Positions 59,875 through 64,000 of a DNA stretch of 64,000 nt are shown here, piece by piece. Under the pieces are notes generated by a model. It had not been told where the DNA came from, ran no database searches, and worked only from the letters and a program-made list of their open reading frames with translations. Where the stretch lies: assembly GCA_021161255.1 (NCBI GenBank), contig JAGHAZ010000056.1, forward strand, positions 862 to 64,861, written 5' to 3'. A program made the translations under genes and the position numbers. Numbering within the stretch: the first letter of the stretch is position 1; the number at the start of each line of letters is the position of its first letter. Origin of the DNA: Candidatus Bathyarchaeota archaeon (GTDB lineage Archaea; Thermoproteota; CALKCG01; B24).

Positions 59875-60104
59875 TGATGTCCGCCGTCGTGAGCGTTAGG
59901 GTCAAGAGGGAGTTGAAGGAGGAGGCTGAGAGGCTGGGGATAGACCTACGTAGGCTTGTGGAGAAGACGCTTGAGGAGGAGGTCGAGCGTAGGAAGAGGG
60001 CTAGGTTTGAGGAGGCTATCGATACGATAGTCCAAGGGATGAACGCGGTATCCGAGGAGGAGTTCGTAAGGGTGGTGAAGGAGTGGAGGAGAAAGAGGAT
60101 GTAA
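59874..60104 (+). CDS. vapB: antitoxin of a type II TA pair (VapB-like, basic and coiled)
   Basis: 76 aa. Its 3' end overlaps the PIN gene by 22 nt. Confidence 0.5.
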   Translation: MMSAVVSVRVKRELKEEAERLGIDLRRLVEKTLEEEVERRKRARFEEAIDTIVQGMNAVSEEEFVRVVKEWRRKRM

Positions 60105-60526
60105 GGTATCTTCTAGACGCATCGGCTTTGTACCCGCTTCTCAGAAGACTTGGAAAAAGCCTCTATAGGCACCTTAAGACGTTAGCAGTTCTGGACCTGA
60201 CTAAGTACGAGGTCGGTAACGCCTTATGGGTCGAGGTTAAACATGGGCTCGTCGTAGACTGGCTGCCTGTGGTAAAGGCTTGGATTGAGGTCTTCAGAGG
60301 GCTTAAGGAGCTTAAGGTGGAAGACTTGGTAGACGTGGAGGAGCTGGCTACTAGGCTTGACGTGACCTTCTACGACGCCGCTTACATCTTCACGGCTAAC
60401 CGGATGGGGCTAATCTTGGTTACTGAGGATGAGGAGATGCGGGATAAGGCATCTACCATAGAGGTCGATGTGGCTTCCGTAGACGAGCTTGTCGAGCGGC
60501 TACAGGGGAATACAGCTAAGCCATAA
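60083..60526 (+). CDS. vapC: PIN-domain toxin VapC
   Basis: LLDASALYPLL at the N-terminus (first acidic residue) and a DAAYIFTANRMGLILVTED region. 147 aa. Confidence 0.75.
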   Translation: MEEKEDVRYLLDASALYPLLRRLGKSLYRHLKTLAVLDLTKYEVGNALWVEVKHGLVVDWLPVVKAWIEVFRGLKELKVEDLVDVEELATRLDVTFYDAAYIFTANRMGLILVTEDEEMRDKASTIEVDVASVDELVERLQGNTAKP

Positions 60527-60533
60527 GGACGGT

Positions 60534-60995
60534 TTAGACATATTTCAAGAGGATTACGATACCTAGGGCTGTTATCAAGAGGAATATGAGGAGCTTCAGC
60601 GTGAAGCCTATCCATGCAAGCTGTAGGATGGAACCCGGTATGGCCGCGATGTTCCAGCCCACCGTGATGAGCGTCGTGAATAATCCCCCCAAGCCGACTA
60701 TGAGCGCTATGATGCCTAGTATGAGCAGTAGGTTTTCCGAAGGCGGTGGAGCGGGGGGAGGGGCTGGTCCTTGGTAGATAGGCTCCTCCGGGATTATCAG
60801 TGCGGCGATTATGTATAGAAGAAGACCTGCACCCCAGACGAGTATCAAGGCCGCCCATAGAAGCCTTATGATAACTGGGTCTACGTTCAGGTACTCACCT
60901 ATCCCGCCACATACGCCTGCGATCACACGGTTTCTACGAGACCTATACAGCTGTCGGACCTGAGTGTTTGACTGAGCCATCGTATCGACGATCAT
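60534..60995 (-). CDS. PspC-domain membrane protein with a proline-rich linker
   Basis: VIAGVCGGIGEYLNVDPVIIRLLWA PspC motif, a PAPPPAPPP linker, and two C-terminal TM helices. Confidence 0.65.
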   Translation of the reverse strand: MIVDTMAQSNTQVRQLYRSRRNRVIAGVCGGIGEYLNVDPVIIRLLWAALILVWGAGLLLYIIAALIIPEEPIYQGPAPPPAPPPSENLLLILGIIALIVGLGGLFTTLITVGWNIAAIPGSILQLAWIGFTLKLLIFLLITALGIVILLKYV

Positions 60996-61114
60996 TTTAT
61001 CGACACGGCTCTTTTAAACTATTCTTATCCGAGATAAACCGACGTGATTTTTCCTTCTACAGAACGAAATCTTTTTATCTACATGCCTTATGCATGTTTA
61101 AGGGTGTATCGACC

Positions 61115-62473
61115 ATGACTTGTTCAGACGGGAAGTTCGACGTGGTTATAGTCGGCGGTGGGGCTGGAGGGTATACGGCTGCTTTAACCGTGAAGAAGCT
61201 TTACCCAGACATCTCGGTTCTCCTCGTCAGGAAGGACAGCTATGCCCTGATCCCATGCGCCATACCGTATCTCTGCGCGACGATAGAGGCTTGCAATAGG
61301 AACCTTCTCCCAGACGCGCCTTTGAAGAAGGCGGGTGTGGAGATTCTCATAGACGAGGTCGTCGACATAGACTTGACGAACAAGCTTGTGAAGACCGCCG
61401 AGGGCAGGGAGATAGGCTATGGGAAGCTCATACTCGCGACCGGCTCCTCCCCAGTCGTCCCCAGGAGTATAAAGGGTACAGACCTCGAAGGCGTCTACAC
61501 GGTTGTTAAGAGCTTCAAAGCCATGGAGAGGCTTCAAGACGCCGTCCGGAAGGCTGAGCGTATAACGATCGTGGGCGGAGGGTTTATAGGCGTCGAGTTC
61601 GCAGACGACTTGGCTAACCTCAAGAAGAAGATAACGATCGTAGAGCTCCTGCCGCACTGTCTCATGCTGAACTTCGATGAGGAGTTCGCCGTAGAGGCTG
61701 AGGACGAGCTGAGGGCTAAGGGCGTCGACGTGGTTACGAACGCTAGGGTGGAAAGCATAGTCGGCGATGGAAAGGTGGAGGCGGTTAGGCTCGCCGATGG
61801 TAGGGAGATACCCTCAGACGTGGTCATCATGGCTGTGGGGGCTAGGCCTAACTCCGAGCTGGCTAAGAAGGCCGGTTTGAAGATAGGTGAGAGGGGGGCT
61901 ATAGTGGTTGACGAGTACATGCGCACCAGCAACCCTGACGTGCTGGCGGTGGGAGACTGCGCCGAGAAGAGGAGCTTCTTCACAGGGAAGCCTGTAAACC
62001 TCATGTTGGCGTCTATAGCGTGCTACGAGGCTAGGGTCGCCGGGATAAACCTGTTCGACATAAGGATCCCGAAGCCTATCAGGGGGGTCGTAGGGATCTT
62101 CCTGACCTACATCAACGGTAAGGCCTTCGGAACGGCTGGGTTGACCGAGAGCATGGCTAGGAGAGAGGGGTTCCAGGTGGAATCCTCTGTCGTGAAGGTT
62201 CCCAACAGGCATCCAGGGGTCCTTCCTGGAGCCAGGGAGACGAAGCTGAAGCTGGTGTTCTCTAAGCAATCAGGCCTCCTCCTAGGCGCTGAGGCCAGCG
62301 GAGGCGGAGACGTAGCCGAGCTTGTGAACTTCCTAGGGCTAGCCATCCAGAACAGGATGAACGCCAAGGAGATATCTATCCTACAGTACGGGACACAGCC
62401 ATTCTTAACCCCGTCGCCCGTAGGTTACCCGCCGGTAGTGGCGGCGCTAAACACCGTCAAGTTCGAGCGATAG
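61115..62473 (+). CDS. pyridine nucleotide-disulfide oxidoreductase (NADH oxidase / CoA-disulfide reductase family)
   Basis: VVIVGGGAGG FAD motif, IVGGGFIGVE NAD motif and AVGDCA. I chose the ATG at 61115 rather than 60968 to avoid overlap with the PspC gene. Confidence 0.8.
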   Translation: MTCSDGKFDVVIVGGGAGGYTAALTVKKLYPDISVLLVRKDSYALIPCAIPYLCATIEACNRNLLPDAPLKKAGVEILIDEVVDIDLTNKLVKTAEGREIGYGKLILATGSSPVVPRSIKGTDLEGVYTVVKSFKAMERLQDAVRKAERITIVGGGFIGVEFADDLANLKKKITIVELLPHCLMLNFDEEFAVEAEDELRAKGVDVVTNARVESIVGDGKVEAVRLADGREIPSDVVIMAVGARPNSELAKKAGLKIGERGAIVVDEYMRTSNPDVLAVGDCAEKRSFFTGKPVNLMLASIACYEARVAGINLFDIRIPKPIRGVVGIFLTYINGKAFGTAGLTESMARREGFQVESSVVKVPNRHPGVLPGARETKLKLVFSKQSGLLLGAEASGGGDVAELVNFLGLAIQNRMNAKEISILQYGTQPFLTPSPVGYPPVVAALNTVKFER

Positions 62474-62524
62474 ACCCCTAGGTTTCTCCTACCAACGTTC
62501 TCCAAATTTTTACCCGGTTTGTTT

Positions 62525-63037
62525 TTAACGTTTAAACCCCCTCAGCCAGGAGACTAGCTCCATAATCATCCATACGACCGTGCTCCAGTAGGCGAAGTCT
62601 ACGAGGAAACATGCCGCTACTACACCCATCACCGGCGGGGGAGAGGGAGGAGGCGGCGGAGGGGAGATTATATATACTAGAAAACCTAGGGGGAAGCCGA
62701 ATTTAATCGTGTGGAAAAACACGTAGCTTGGCGGTAATACGGCTGTCAGCCAGGTTAGGATGAGACCTAGGGATATGGGGGCTAGCGAAGGTATGAGACG
62801 TGAATCTTTGACGGCTAAGACTAGGGTCGAGAGGCCGAAGATTACCAGAGCCGCCGGTAGAACCGGAAGCCTTGTTATGCAGCTTGTCGAAATGATGTAG
62901 CGCATAGGATAACGCGTCCAGCTCTCCGTCAACAGGGGATAGCCTCCCACCGCATACAGATAACAGCCTACAGCAGCTATGGCTACCCCTGAAGCAGAGA
63001 CCAACAGCCTAAAACTGCTCGATGATCGACCTGGCAA
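62525..63037 (-). CDS. hypothetical polytopic membrane protein with a Pro-rich tract
   Basis: Five to six TM helices and a PPPPPPSPPPV tract. Confidence 0.35.
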   Translation of the reverse strand: MPGRSSSSFRLLVSASGVAIAAVGCYLYAVGGYPLLTESWTRYPMRYIISTSCITRLPVLPAALVIFGLSTLVLAVKDSRLIPSLAPISLGLILTWLTAVLPPSYVFFHTIKFGFPLGFLVYIISPPPPPPSPPPVMGVVAACFLVDFAYWSTVVWMIMELVSWLRGFKR

Positions 63038-63689
63038 TTTCCACAGCCTCCTCGTAGGAGAGATGGCTTCTGATCTGGTAGACTAGGTCGTCTACGTAGA
63101 AGTGGACCGTGCCTATCGGCTCGCTCCAGAGTTCGCACTCCACAGGGTCGTAGCCGAATACCGCTATCCCATCGACCATCCGATATGTCAGGTTAAACTG
63201 TTCAGCCCGTTCTCTAGCAACCTCCTCGGTGTTTATGTCGCTACACAAGGCCACGGCTTCGGGGTCTAGCCGGTGTATGATTATCATCATATCTGGAGCA
63301 CCTCCCTCTACGTCGAACGTCCATCCCTCGAGCATGTGCATGAGTACGAACGGGTTATCCTCCTCCGCTATGGGCTCGTCTGCGTAGAAGACGTATATCG
63401 TGTCCGAGTCGCTCGAGTATATCATCCTCACGTAGGTCATGTTAGCAGGTATCCTGGTCGGCAGCCTAACCGGACCGGAGGCGTTCAGAGCCCTAGCAGC
63501 CTCCTCTATCGACGGAACGACATCCGAGCTAACAGGTAGGATAGCCCCGCCACCCGTAGACCCACCGGTCGAGGAGCCTGTAGAAGTCTCCGTATCCGGT
63601 TCAGGAGCTGTCTGCATCACCGTGTAAACCGTTACCAGAGCAGCGGCGGCTAACATTAGTAGGGCTAAAGCAACTTCCCTACCTAGCAT
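63009..63689 (-). CDS. hypothetical secreted protein
   Basis: N-terminal signal/anchor (LALLMLAAAALVTVYTV) then a TG/S-rich linker. Confidence 0.4.
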   Translation of the reverse strand: MLGREVALALLMLAAAALVTVYTVMQTAPEPDTETSTGSSTGGSTGGGAILPVSSDVVPSIEEAARALNASGPVRLPTRIPANMTYVRMIYSSDSDTIYVFYADEPIAEEDNPFVLMHMLEGWTFDVEGGAPDMMIIIHRLDPEAVALCSDINTEEVARERAEQFNLTYRMVDGIAVFGYDPVECELWSEPIGTVHFYVDDLVYQIRSHLSYEEAVEIARSIIEQF

Positions 63690-63823
63690 TCTTCAATAAA
63701 ACCCTTCACCTGAAGCCATTTAAACTTTTAACGAGATCCCTGGCTCTAAGCAACTACCTGCTAGCCCTGAAAGGTAGTGGATAGGAGAGAAGCTTATATC
63801 AGAGAACATCCGTATATTCATGT

Positions 63824-64000
63824 ATGACAGTAATTACTGTAAGGATAGATGAGGAGACGAAGAGGATGATGAAGGCGATTAAGATCAACTGGAGCGAGTT
63901 CATCAGAAACGCTATAAGAACCAAGGTGATGGAGGAGAGGAGGAGGAATTTGGCGAAAGCCGTCTTGATCAACGAGAGGATAAGGAGAAAGAGCGTCGGC
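63824..64000 (+). CDS. second VapB-like antitoxin, 3'-truncated by the window edge
   Basis: MTVITVRIDEETKRMMKAIKINWSEFIRNAI parallels the 59874 antitoxin (VSVRVKRELKEEAERLGIDLRRLVEKTL). Confidence 0.4.
   Translation, partial: MTVITVRIDEETKRMMKAIKINWSEFIRNAIRTKVMEERRRNLAKAVLINERIRRKSVG

Noticed and set aside
60968-61114. Upstream extension of the NADH oxidase/CoADR ORF to 60968
   Set aside because: The extension overlaps the convergent PspC-domain gene and encodes a non-conserved leader. The ATG at 61115 directly precedes the FAD-binding GxGxxG motif.

Overview
The window looks archaeal and GC-rich, most likely Thermoproteales and perhaps Thermofilum-like. I infer this from PaREP1-family remnants, codon usage, leaderless genes with TATA boxes at about -25, and a crenarchaeal exosome/proteasome/RNase P superoperon. 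Coding density is high and most of it is chromosomal core. That core includes the superoperon on the minus strand (Rpp30, Pop5, PsmA, SBDS, Rrp4, Rrp41, Rrp42, L37Ae, Pcc1), PsmB, the aCPSF1 beta-CASP nuclease, a thermosome subunit, porGDAB, ppsA, Hjc, TFE, L13e, two MoeA paralogs, EtfAB plus an FAD oxidase, and a VapBC pair. Four things stand out. (1) A sugar cluster at 52.8-55.9 kb encodes a NamZ-like DUF1343 protein, a BadF/MurK-type sugar kinase and a MurQ-like etherase, and a NagB fragment sits at the window start. This is a complete-looking N-acetylmuramic acid salvage route in an organism that makes no murein. (2) A roughly 2 kb decayed accessory patch lies at 28.0-30.1 kb. It contains a 3'-truncated cupin gene, PaREP1 pseudogenes, an orphan SAM-like N-terminal fragment of a tyrosine integrase, and two very GC-rich blocks that look like structured RNA. 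One of these blocks has its own archaeal TATA box. (3) Two C/D box sRNA candidates sit in the 350 nt spacer after aCPSF1. (4) A CofE-like gene (F420-0:gamma-glutamyl ligase family) is broken into at least three frames. I found no CRISPR array and no confident tRNA or rRNA. All calls come from motif-level reading of the supplied translations, and every family assignment needs confirmation by HMM or BLAST.
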